From Candidatus Levyibacteriota bacterium (GTDB lineage: Bacteria > Patescibacteriota > Microgenomatia > Levybacterales > UBA12049): a stretch of 64,000 nucleotides of DNA. How positions within the stretch are numbered: the first letter of the stretch is position 1; every line of letters starts with the position of its first letter. The DNA lies in the NCBI GenBank assembly GCA_052034235.1, contig JBPOIT010000005.1:177698-241697 (forward strand). Reading direction: 5' to 3'. Shown here piece after piece: positions 1-8,428 of the stretch. Below the pieces are notes generated by a model, which saw nothing but the letters and a program-made list of their open reading frames with translations, was not told where the DNA came from and did no database searches. Position numbers and translations under genes: made by a program.

Positions 1-1246
1 GTCTTGGGGAATTACTTCCAAAACGCGTTGCAACTAGCTGCGCAACTGCTGTGTGTGGATCCATAACATAATTTGTCTTTTTATAAATATGTTTTATATT
101 TTTCAGACTATCCTCATTTGAAACCCAATCCGCATAAAATTCTTTTTGCAAAATAGCTTTTGTCTTAGCATCAACAGTAAAGGATCCTGTTGATTTCAAA
201 TCATTCATCCACTCGTAGATTTTTTTTGTATCGCCTGACAACACGTATAATAGCCGTTCAATATTACTGGCGATCAGAATATCCATTGAAGGAGAAGGTG
301 TTTTTACCAGGTGACGGTTAGTAATATCGTAAGTACCAGTTCGTAGGAAATCAGTTAATACATTATTGGCATTTGAAGCACATACACATGTTTTAATTGG
401 TAAACCCATACGTTTGGCATAATAAGCTGCAAGAATATTACCAAAATTACCTGTAGGAACAACAACATCGATTTCATCACCGAGTTTAATAACTTTTTGA
501 CTTACGAGCTCTAGATAACCATGGAAAAAATAGACGATTTGTGGAAGTAGCCTCCCCCAATTTATTGAGTTTGCTGAAGAAAGTAAAATGTTTTTTTCTG
601 CTAGTTCTTGTCCAAACGATATATCGGCAAAAAGTTCTTTAACACTACGCTGACAATCATCAAAATCTCCTTTCAAAGCAATAACTGAAACATTATTCCC
701 CTCCTGTGTTACCATTTGGAGTTCCTGAAATTGTGATACCCGTCCTTCCGGATAAAAAACCATTATTGAGATCTTTTTTTTATTTTTATATCCTTCAAGC
801 GCAGCTTTACCGGTATCGCCTGATGTTGCTACCAAAATGAGATATTTATCTGTTTTGTTTTTTACTGCTTCAGAAAAAAAGTGCGGCATAAGCTGCAGAG
901 CCATGTCTTTAAATGCAAGTGTTGGCCCATGCCAAAGTTCAAGCATGTTTTGATTTTCTCGTAGTGGAATCACAGGCGCAATTTGTTTGGTATCAAAATT
1001 GTTTCCATATGCTTTATGCACGAGCTTTTTTATCGTTTGTGCTGTAAGATCTGTTTGAAATTCATTTAGAAGAAAAATAGCTTTTTCCTGATATGTTTTT
1101 CCCAAAAGCTGCCTCAGCTGTTGATTACTAATGTGAGGAATTTTTTCAGGCACAAACAATCCCCCATCTGGAGCAATACCTTTAATAATTGCGTTTGAAA
1201 AAGTAACATGTGTTTTGTTTCCTCTGGTGCTAATGTACTTAATCAT
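1..1246 (-). CDS. thrC: Threonine synthase, long form; 3' end runs off the window
   Basis: Not in the ORF track. Translated by hand from ATG 1246: MIKYISTRG..., with PLP motif HGPTLAFKD and ATSGDTG, SANSINWGRL, VPTGNFGN. ATGA overlap with the upstream kinase stop. Confidence 0.95.
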   Translation of the reverse strand, partial: MIKYISTRGNKTHVTFSNAIIKGIAPDGGLFVPEKIPHISNQQLRQLLGKTYQEKAIFLLNEFQTDLTAQTIKKLVHKAYGNNFDTKQIAPVIPLRENQNMLELWHGPTLAFKDMALQLMPHFFSEAVKNKTDKYLILVATSGDTGKAALEGYKNKKKISIMVFYPEGRVSQFQELQMVTQEGNNVSVIALKGDFDDCQRSVKELFADISFGQELAEKNILLSSANSINWGRLLPQIVYFFHGYLELVSQKVIKLGDEIDVVVPTGNFGNILAAYYAKRMGLPIKTCVCASNANNVLTDFLRTGTYDITNRHLVKTPSPSMDILIASNIERLLYVLSGDTKKIYEWMNDLKSTGSFTVDAKTKAILQKEFYADWVSNEDSLKNIKHIYKKTNYVMDPHTAVAQLVATRFGSNSPR

Positions 1247-1860
1247 GGTTTGAGTTCCTCTATTAACATCTCTGCAGTAAAACCAGCACCTCGTAAATGA
1301 TGATAGTCCAGTGTTTTGTCGGCGAGTTTTGCATACGCATCTAATCGATAAGCAAGCAAGTCTGCATAACATCTTTCAAGCGCCTGGCTTTCAGTCTCCT
1401 GTTCGTTTTTTTGGTACGCATTTCCCCAAATAATTGGCTTTGGGTTTTTAATAAACACTTCATACATTTGCTGTTGAACTGATTGTGGAGTATCCAAATA
1501 AAGAACGTGTGTTATATCTTTCAAGCGTTTTAAAATCACCAAATCTATATAAATAACACTGCCTGTCGTATCAATGACAACATCTTCATCAATATCATTT
1601 ACCTGCATCAGCAATGCTTCCATTACTTCATTTTCAAATTGCAAATATTTACGACTTGTTTGAGGGTATTGCGTATCAAACGGTTGCCCCATCCATTTAG
1701 CAACATCGTTAATACCTCTGTAACCAAGCTTTTGTAATTCATCCCCAAGCTTTTCTTCAATTATGTCATCAACAGAAAAAACTTGGAAATGTTTTTGGGC
1801 CAACTGTTTTGACCAATAACTCTTACCACTTCCCGACATGCCAATTAAAGAAAGTTTCAT
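1243..1860 (-). CDS. Shikimate-kinase-fold P-loop kinase; candidate non-orthologous homoserine kinase
   Basis: Start moved to ATG 1860 (ATGA overlap with the asd stop). Walker A GMSGSGKS and an SK-like layout, but it lacks the FRxxE arginine and the GGG motif. Confidence 0.8.
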   Translation of the reverse strand: MKLSLIGMSGSGKSYWSKQLAQKHFQVFSVDDIIEEKLGDELQKLGYRGINDVAKWMGQPFDTQYPQTSRKYLQFENEVMEALLMQVNDIDEDVVIDTTGSVIYIDLVILKRLKDITHVLYLDTPQSVQQQMYEVFIKNPKPIIWGNAYQKNEQETESQALERCYADLLAYRLDAYAKLADKTLDYHHLRGAGFTAEMLIEELKP

Positions 1861-2954
1861 ATATAGCCTTTTTTTACTAGGAATTCTGCCATAAGGACAG
1901 CTCCGCCTGCCGCACCTCGGATAGTGTTGTGAGAAAGTGAAACAAAGCGCCAACCAAAATGTTTGTCCGGCTCAAGCCTTCCCATTGTTATACCCATACC
2001 ACTGGCATAATCGCGATCGATTTTAGTTTGAGGTCTGTTATCTTCTTCAAAATATTTGATAAGTTTTTTCGGAGCTGATGGAAGACGAAGCTGTGCAATT
2101 GGATTTTCAAAATGTTCAATTGCATCGAGAAGTTGTTTTTTTGTGACTTTTTTCCCAAACTTCACCCGAACAACTGCCATATGTCCATCCGAAACAGCAA
2201 CCCGTACACAAGTAGCTGAGATTGTTGGTTTTTCAGCAATTGTAAGTGTACCCTTTGTTACTTTCCCCCAAATTTTCAAAGGCTCCTTTTCTGACTTTTC
2301 TTCTTCTCCGCCAATATAAGGAATCACGTTCTCAACCATTTCAGGCCAGGTTTCAAAATTTTTTCCAGCTCCTGAAATTGCCTGCATGCTGGTAACTGAA
2401 GCCTCAATTGGCTGGAATTTCTTAAGTGCTGTTAGAATAGATACGTACGATTGAATTGAGCAGTTGGGTTTTACAGCGATAAAACCTCTTCCGAAACCAC
2501 GGTTTTTCTTTTGGATATCAATCAGTTTGACATGCTCAGGATTTATCTCCGGCATGAGCATCGGAATATCTTCCGTCCAGCGATGTGCAGAATTATTTGA
2601 AACGACAGGCACTCCGGCTGCAGCATACGCAAGTTCAAGTTTTTGAATCGCATCTTTTTCCATATCTAATGCACAAAATACAAAACCTGTCCCGACGTTA
2701 TCAGGATCAATCTGCTCTGTTACTTTTTCAATGTCAGTGACGACCTGAACCTTAAGCTTAGCTATGCTTTCAGGAACGTTTACCTCCATTTTCCAGCGGC
2801 CTTTTACCGCTTCTTTATACGATTTGCCGGAAGAACTAGGAGATGCCGCGACAACAACCACTTCAAACCACGGATGATCCGCAAGTAGTGTTACAAATCT
2901 TTGCCCTACCATACCGGTAGCGCCTAATATGCCAACTCGTATTTTCTTTTTCAT
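1857..2954 (-). CDS. asd: Aspartate-semialdehyde dehydrogenase
   Basis: GATGMVGQ Rossmann motif, PNCS catalytic Cys, QAISGAG, HNTIRGAAG. Confidence 0.95.
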   Translation of the reverse strand: MKKKIRVGILGATGMVGQRFVTLLADHPWFEVVVVAASPSSSGKSYKEAVKGRWKMEVNVPESIAKLKVQVVTDIEKVTEQIDPDNVGTGFVFCALDMEKDAIQKLELAYAAAGVPVVSNNSAHRWTEDIPMLMPEINPEHVKLIDIQKKNRGFGRGFIAVKPNCSIQSYVSILTALKKFQPIEASVTSMQAISGAGKNFETWPEMVENVIPYIGGEEEKSEKEPLKIWGKVTKGTLTIAEKPTISATCVRVAVSDGHMAVVRVKFGKKVTKKQLLDAIEHFENPIAQLRLPSAPKKLIKYFEEDNRPQTKIDRDYASGMGITMGRLEPDKHFGWRFVSLSHNTIRGAAGGAVLMAEFLVKKGYI

Positions 2955-2957
2955 ACG

Positions 2958-3974
2958 TTATATTTTATCAAAAATTGTCGAGATATCTCCAAACACCCCA
3001 GCAGCTGTTACTTCTCCACCTGCACCAGGACCTTTCACTATCAACAGGTTATTCAGGTAACGCTTGGTTTTGAAAACGATAAGATTATCCGGACCAGACA
3101 AACTACCAATATCTGATGTTTTATCGACTGCAACGAGTCCAACTTTGCATCCTTTTTTGGTTACATTGGCGACAAATCTCAGTACTTTGCCTTCTGTTTT
3201 TGCCTTTGCAGCTTTTTCTTTATACGATTTATCCAGATCAGAAATTTGACTCAAAAATGCCTCAACAGAAAGTTTTTCCATGTTTTTAGGATATAACCCC
3301 TCAAGTTTGACATCTGCCATTTCAACTTCCAATCCCAAAAGACGCGCCAAAATAAGCGCTTTACGAGCAACGTCCACTCCAGATAAGTCATCACGAGGAT
3401 CTGGTTCGGTAAACCCTAATTTTTTTGCTTCCAAAACTGCCCTGGAGAATGATGCACCATTTTCAATTTGTGAGAAGAGAAAGCCAAGTGTACCACTGAA
3501 ACATCCCTGGATTTCCAATACATCATCACCTGTTGCGAGAAGCGTCTTAAGTGTTGAAATAACGGGCAAACCTGCACCGACACTTGTTTCGTAAAACAAT
3601 CTTTCCCCACCTACTTTATGAAGCATATCAAAATCTTTTTGAGAACTAGCAATCGGCTTTTTATTGGACATCGTGACATATCCTCCGCGCTTGAGAGCCT
3701 GTTTCATATACACCATCGTTTTATCAGAAGCTGTCGTATCGATAAGGACAAAAGGAAGCGGCATCGCATCTATGGCATCAGTAACAGTCATCTTGGAATT
3801 TGTTGAAACACGTTTTAACTCGCTTTTTGAAAGACCGGTTTTCTTAAATACACCTGACTTTGACGTAAAGACGCCGCAATAAACATACTGCTTTGGGGCA
3901 TGTTCTGTTATTTGCTCAATGAGCTTTCCGCCCACATTGCCTGCACCTAGTTGTAATAAAAAGAGTTTTTTCAT
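2958..3974 (-). CDS. hom: Homoserine dehydrogenase resembling the C-terminal domain of ThrA
   Basis: GAGNVG, SNKK, YETSVGAGLP, EPDPRDDLSGVDVARK, GPGAGGEVTA. Confidence 0.93.
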   Translation of the reverse strand: MKKLFLLQLGAGNVGGKLIEQITEHAPKQYVYCGVFTSKSGVFKKTGLSKSELKRVSTNSKMTVTDAIDAMPLPFVLIDTTASDKTMVYMKQALKRGGYVTMSNKKPIASSQKDFDMLHKVGGERLFYETSVGAGLPVISTLKTLLATGDDVLEIQGCFSGTLGFLFSQIENGASFSRAVLEAKKLGFTEPDPRDDLSGVDVARKALILARLLGLEVEMADVKLEGLYPKNMEKLSVEAFLSQISDLDKSYKEKAAKAKTEGKVLRFVANVTKKGCKVGLVAVDKTSDIGSLSGPDNLIVFKTKRYLNNLLIVKGPGAGGEVTAAGVFGDISTIFDKI

Positions 3975-5371
3975 TGTGCTAATTTATAAGCGCTATGGAT
4001 AACTTGTACTGCAGATTTTACATCCGTGTCGGCAATCAAGCAAGTAATATTTCGCTCAGATGATCCCTGGGCAATCGCTCTGATGTTGATACCGTTTGAG
4101 CCAAGTGCTGAAAAGAGTTTTCCGGCAGTTCCTGGTTTGCCGCGCATTCCCTGTCCGACTGCCGCAACAATTGCAAGACCATCTTCTTTTTTTACTGTTT
4201 CAATATATTTATTCATCAGTTCAAGTGCAAATGCATCTTTTAACACCTGTACCGTCCGCTCTCCATCTACATGCGCAACAACAAAGGAAATATTAAATTC
4301 ACTTGAAGCTTGTGAGATAAAATGGACATTAATATCTGATGCTGCAAGTACGGTGAAGAGTTTGGCAGACACACCAGGAACACCAATCATACCTTTACCC
4401 TGAAGGGTGATAAGAGAGATACCTTCAAATGTTGAAATTGCTTTTATACCAGGACGTGTATCGTTTGGTTTCTTTTCAATTCTCGTTCCTTCAAATTCAG
4501 GACGAAACGTATTTTTTATAACAATTGGAATTTCCTTTAGTGCAGCAGGCACCATCGTTAATGGATGCAGGACTTTTGCTCCGAAGTACGAGAGTTCAGT
4601 TGCTTCGTTATACGAAAGTACCTCAATTGATTTTGCTTCTTTGACAATCCTCGGATCAGCAGTCATCACACCATCAACATCAGTCCAAATCCAAACTTCC
4701 GACGCATCAAGACAATTACCAAGTATGGTCGCACTGTAATCAGATCCACCTCGACCAAGAGTTGTTATAACTCCCTGTTTATTGGCACCGAGAAAACCGG
4801 TAATCACCGGAATTATTTTTTTCTTTACCAGTTTGGTAATGTACGGTTTTGTTTTTTCAGCAGACTCCGAAAGAAGTGGTTTGGCACTTCCAAAATCATC
4901 AGAGGTGACGATCAGCTCATTAGCTTCAACTGGCTGTGCTAGTTTGCCTTTTTTTTGTATTGCTGCCGCGACAAGATGGATACTCATGCGCTCACCAAAT
5001 GAAGTCACTAAATCCTGACTTCGTTTTGAAGCTTCAGCAAGTTCATGAATACTGTACAAAAGATTTTTAAGATGTTTGAAATGTTTATCAAGGATATCTC
5101 TATTTTCCTCATGCACTTTTGCCGGAAGAGCAAGATCTTCAAGAGTACTTCGATGCAAGGTATAAAGTTTTTCAAGTTGTTTATTAAGTTGAGGTTTCTT
5201 TCGCTCTGAGGCAAGTTTGGTACATTCAACAAGGAGATTGGTTGCTCCACTAACTGCTGAAACAACTACCACGACTTTCTTTTTTTTGGCTAATTTTGTC
5301 ACAATGTCAGCAACTTCGCTCATTCGAGCTGCGCTTCCGACAGAGGTGCCGCCAAATTTCATCACTATCAT
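3971..5371 (-). CDS. lysC: Aspartate kinase with two ACT domains
   Basis: KFGGTSVG, TLGRGGSDYSA, WTDVDG, ACT motifs QASSE and QGSSE. Confidence 0.93.
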   Translation of the reverse strand: MIVMKFGGTSVGSAARMSEVADIVTKLAKKKKVVVVVSAVSGATNLLVECTKLASERKKPQLNKQLEKLYTLHRSTLEDLALPAKVHEENRDILDKHFKHLKNLLYSIHELAEASKRSQDLVTSFGERMSIHLVAAAIQKKGKLAQPVEANELIVTSDDFGSAKPLLSESAEKTKPYITKLVKKKIIPVITGFLGANKQGVITTLGRGGSDYSATILGNCLDASEVWIWTDVDGVMTADPRIVKEAKSIEVLSYNEATELSYFGAKVLHPLTMVPAALKEIPIVIKNTFRPEFEGTRIEKKPNDTRPGIKAISTFEGISLITLQGKGMIGVPGVSAKLFTVLAASDINVHFISQASSEFNISFVVAHVDGERTVQVLKDAFALELMNKYIETVKKEDGLAIVAAVGQGMRGKPGTAGKLFSALGSNGINIRAIAQGSSERNITCLIADTDVKSAVQVIHSAYKLAQ

Positions 5372-6609
5372 ATCAGGAAATTGTATACCAAATCGTCAGT
5401 GGTAATCTTTCGGTATTTGAGGCCGATTTTTTCCATTTTGCTAAGAAGTGGCTCGAGATCTTTTTTAAATTTCAACTCGATCCCGACAAGGGCTGGACCT
5501 TTTTCCCTGTTCGTTTTTTTTGTGTATTCAAAAAGCACAATATCATCACTTTGTCCAAGTGCCTTGTTAAGAAATTCTTTCAATTGCCCAGGTTTTTGTG
5601 CAAATTCGATCAAGAAATAATGTTTTAATCCTTTATAAACCAAACTTTTTTCAAGTACTTCTGGATAGCGCAAAATATCATTATTGCCTCCGCTTAGAAT
5701 ACAAACAACAGTTTTGCCTTTAATATTTGAAAGTTCATCAAGTGCTGATATGGAAAGTGCACCGGCAGGTTCGGCGATAATTCCTTCCTGCTGATACAAA
5801 TCAATCATCGTCGCACACACTTTTCCTTCTTCGGAAAGCAAGATGCCGTCGACCACTTCTGTTGCAATTTTATAGGTTAAATCCCCGACTGACTGCACAG
5901 CAGCTCCGTCTACAAAGGTGTCAATCGTATCAAGCGTCACAACTTGCTTTTTCTTCATCGATGCATGCATTGCCGGTGCACCTTTTGGTTCTACTCCAAC
6001 AACTTTAATTTTAGGAAGTTTTGCCTTAAGATACGTCCCGATACCAGAAATAAGTCCACCGCCGCCGATAGCTGCAACAACAACATCAACTTTGCCGTTC
6101 ATCTGCTCAAAAATTTCTTTGCCGACAGTTCCCTGTCCTGCGATAGTCAGCGGATCGTTAAAAGGATGGACATAAACAGCCTGTGTGGATTCACCAAATT
6201 CGTGCGCCGCATGTGATGCATCATCGTAGGTATGTCCGACGAGTTTGATTGTCACATACGATCCGCCAAACTGCCGCACTCGATCAATTTTTTGTAAAGG
6301 AGTGATTGCCGGCATAAAAATTGTGCCTTTTATTTTGAGTTTGGCACAACTGAACGCAACACCCTGTGCGTGATTACCTGCACTTGCACAGACAACTCCC
6401 TTCTTTTTTTCGTCAGGAGTCATATGGCACATTTTATTATACGCACCGCGAAGTTTAAATGATCTAACTACCTGCAGATCTTCCCGCTTCAAATAGATAT
6501 GTGCTCCATAAAGTTTTGAAAGCCTTTCTGAATATTGGATAGGTGTTTCTACAGCCACTTTACTGACACACTCATTAGCTTTTTCTATATCTTGTATTGT
6601 TACTTTCAT
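5368..6609 (-). CDS. ilvA: Threonine dehydratase, short form with one regulatory domain
   Basis: KREDLQVVRSFKLRGA PLP lysine, SAGNHAQG, IGGGGL, SGGNND. Confidence 0.95.
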   Translation of the reverse strand: MKVTIQDIEKANECVSKVAVETPIQYSERLSKLYGAHIYLKREDLQVVRSFKLRGAYNKMCHMTPDEKKKGVVCASAGNHAQGVAFSCAKLKIKGTIFMPAITPLQKIDRVRQFGGSYVTIKLVGHTYDDASHAAHEFGESTQAVYVHPFNDPLTIAGQGTVGKEIFEQMNGKVDVVVAAIGGGGLISGIGTYLKAKLPKIKVVGVEPKGAPAMHASMKKKQVVTLDTIDTFVDGAAVQSVGDLTYKIATEVVDGILLSEEGKVCATMIDLYQQEGIIAEPAGALSISALDELSNIKGKTVVCILSGGNNDILRYPEVLEKSLVYKGLKHYFLIEFAQKPGQLKEFLNKALGQSDDIVLFEYTKKTNREKGPALVGIELKFKKDLEPLLSKMEKIGLKYRKITTDDLVYNFLI

Positions 6610-6621
6610 ATTTTTTCAATT

Positions 6622-6650
6622 AAAAAAACAAAAAAACCGCCTTTCGGCGG
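6622..6650 (-). terminator. Attenuator terminator of the thr/ilv leader
   Basis: Minus strand reads CCGCC-GAAA-GGCGG followed by T7-G-T7, between the leader peptide and ilvA. Confidence 0.9.
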
Positions 6651-6686
6651 GTCTTGGTATGTTAGCTCACACGTACCAATCCCACC

Positions 6687-6734
6687 CTAGGTGGTAATAA
6701 TGGTAATTGTAATGTTTGCGTTGTTAAAACTCAT
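6687..6734 (-). CDS. thrL: Thr/Ile-rich attenuator leader peptide MSFNNANITITIITT*
   Basis: ATG 6734 to TAG 6687. The last 8 codons are all Ile or Thr, followed by antiterminator and terminator pairings. Confidence 0.88.
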   Translation of the reverse strand: MSFNNANITITIITT

Positions 6735-6743
6735 ATAAAAGTA

Positions 6744-6771
6744 ATTATATACCTCGACTGGTATTTGTCAA
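6744..6771 (-). promoter_or_regulatory. Sigma70-type promoter of the thr leader
   Basis: Perfect TTGACA (6771-6766), 16-nt spacer, TATAAT (6749-6744), 9 nt before the leader ATG. Confidence 0.8.
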
Positions 6772-7359
6772 CCGCTCAGCACGCATAAAGCTTCTTATAA
6801 ATCGAATCACAGGATCTCTGAACAAGAAATAAAAGAAATTCCCAAACAAACCAAACATAATACTCACAATTGTCAATTCATCACTACTTAACACATTGAA
6901 AGCTGCACTGATAACAGTATCAGTTGCGCTGAAAACATCCCACGAATTAACCCGCTCAACTTTACCCATTACGATTGCAAAACCTATGATGAAATTGAGT
7001 GCAATAATGCTGGTTGAAACAAACTTGCGATGTCTTTTTTTAAACCTATGACGCAGCTCTTTTTCAAACGCATACATACCACAAATGTATGCAAGAAGGC
7101 CAATAACCTCCAAATGAAGATATTGCACAAGAAGCAGGAGACGTTCGCCAAAGGACGCAAGCGGCCATTGCCAAATCACATGCTCCATATCAGAAACGAT
7201 ATACAACGCGTTTGGGAAAAACAAAAGCCACAAAACAGCAAGCACAATTTTATAAAACCCATGATCTGCCTTAAAATACAGGTAAGCAAATGCTACGGGT
7301 AGCACAGCTAAAATTGCGTTCCAAAGCATCCACTGCGCATTAAAAGAAAGGACGTCCAT
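6745..7359 (-). CDS. Membrane protein, DUF1361-like
   Basis: WN..LA.LP, WLLFFPNALYIVSD and RVNSWD motifs, multiple TM helices. Start moved to ATG 7359 based on TGcTATCAT-N6-ATG. Confidence 0.7.
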   Translation of the reverse strand: MDVLSFNAQWMLWNAILAVLPVAFAYLYFKADHGFYKIVLAVLWLLFFPNALYIVSDMEHVIWQWPLASFGERLLLLVQYLHLEVIGLLAYICGMYAFEKELRHRFKKRHRKFVSTSIIALNFIIGFAIVMGKVERVNSWDVFSATDTVISAAFNVLSSDELTIVSIMFGLFGNFFYFLFRDPVIRFIRSFMRAERLTNTSRGI

Positions 7360-7447
7360 GTATCTATGATAGCAAATCTCGAGAAGAGATCCAAAGACAT
7401 CCATATCGCGCCTTTACCCAGTTGTCGAAAATGATTATAATAAAGCT

Positions 7448-8380
7448 GTGCTTATTATAACCGGATCTCTCGCTTACGATTACCTCATGCAATTTCCTGG
7501 AGCTTTTTCAGAACATATTTTGCCGGATAATACACACAACATCAATCTCTCATACATTGTGAATTCTTTTGACAAGCGTCGTGGCGGAACAGGCGGTAAC
7601 ATCAGTTATACACTTGGACTTTTAAAAACTCCTCATAAATTGTATGCCTATGCTGGTGACGATTTTGATGAATATAAGCAAGCTTTTGAAAAACTCGGTA
7701 TAGATTTAAGCGGTGTTCGGATTGATCAATCAGACCATACTGCAACAGGTTTTGCCTTGATGGATAAAAGTCAGAATCAAATTTGGGGCTTTTACTATGG
7801 TGCAGCTGCAAAAAGTGCAGAACTCAGACTTGAAGGTATGGCAACAAAAAGTGATTTACTTGTCGTTGGTCCACAAGGCGCTGCCGGTTCGATGTCATTT
7901 ATCAAACAAGCAATTGATTTAGAAATTCCATACCTTTTTGATCCTGGATTCATCTTGACCCAAGTAACCTCACAAGATTTAGAACTTGGGCTTTCCCATG
8001 CAAAATACGTTATCGGTAACGAATATGAAATAGAACTCATGAAAAAGCGCATCACAACCTGGGACACGATCATAAAAGACAAAATAATTATCACAACACT
8101 CGGAGAACGCGGAGCACAAATCAAAACACCGGATGCAGAATATTCTATCGCTCCGTCAATTGTTATGAATGTCTCTACAACAGCAGGCGCTGGTGATGCA
8201 TGGCGAGGAGGCTTTTTAGCAGGGCTTGAGCGCAATTTAGATTTACAGACTTCTGGACAAATTGGAGCTGTCGCAGCATCTTACGCAGTTGAATCAACAG
8301 GGACACAGGAACATTTATACACTCTCGATGAATTCATAGCCCGCTACAAATTAGCCTACAACCAAGACTTGGCCCTCTAG
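7448..8380 (+). CDS. PfkB-family carbohydrate/nucleoside kinase (adenosine kinase-like)
   Basis: GSLAYD, GGTGGN, DPG, NEYE, TLGERG, AGAGDAWRGG. Confidence 0.88.
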   Translation: MLIITGSLAYDYLMQFPGAFSEHILPDNTHNINLSYIVNSFDKRRGGTGGNISYTLGLLKTPHKLYAYAGDDFDEYKQAFEKLGIDLSGVRIDQSDHTATGFALMDKSQNQIWGFYYGAAAKSAELRLEGMATKSDLLVVGPQGAAGSMSFIKQAIDLEIPYLFDPGFILTQVTSQDLELGLSHAKYVIGNEYEIELMKKRITTWDTIIKDKIIITTLGERGAQIKTPDAEYSIAPSIVMNVSTTAGAGDAWRGGFLAGLERNLDLQTSGQIGAVAASYAVESTGTQEHLYTLDEFIARYKLAYNQDLAL

Positions 8381-8428
8381 ATATCCTTCATTGACAAAGC
8401 TCTGCTTTTTTGCGACGCTTTAATCGTT

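Noticed and set aside
1861-1953. N-terminal extension of the kinase ORF in the track (also the extensions at 7404, 12050, 29149, 35510, 36475, 45983, 48413, 51351, 60241)
   Set aside because: They overlap neighbouring genes or promoters. Downstream starts fit the ATGA coupling, -10 spacing or SD better.
6610-6740. T-box or riboswitch upstream of ilvA
   Set aside because: Too short, with no T-box AAGGUGGUACC-type antiterminator bulge or stem I; the leader-peptide model explains all pairings.
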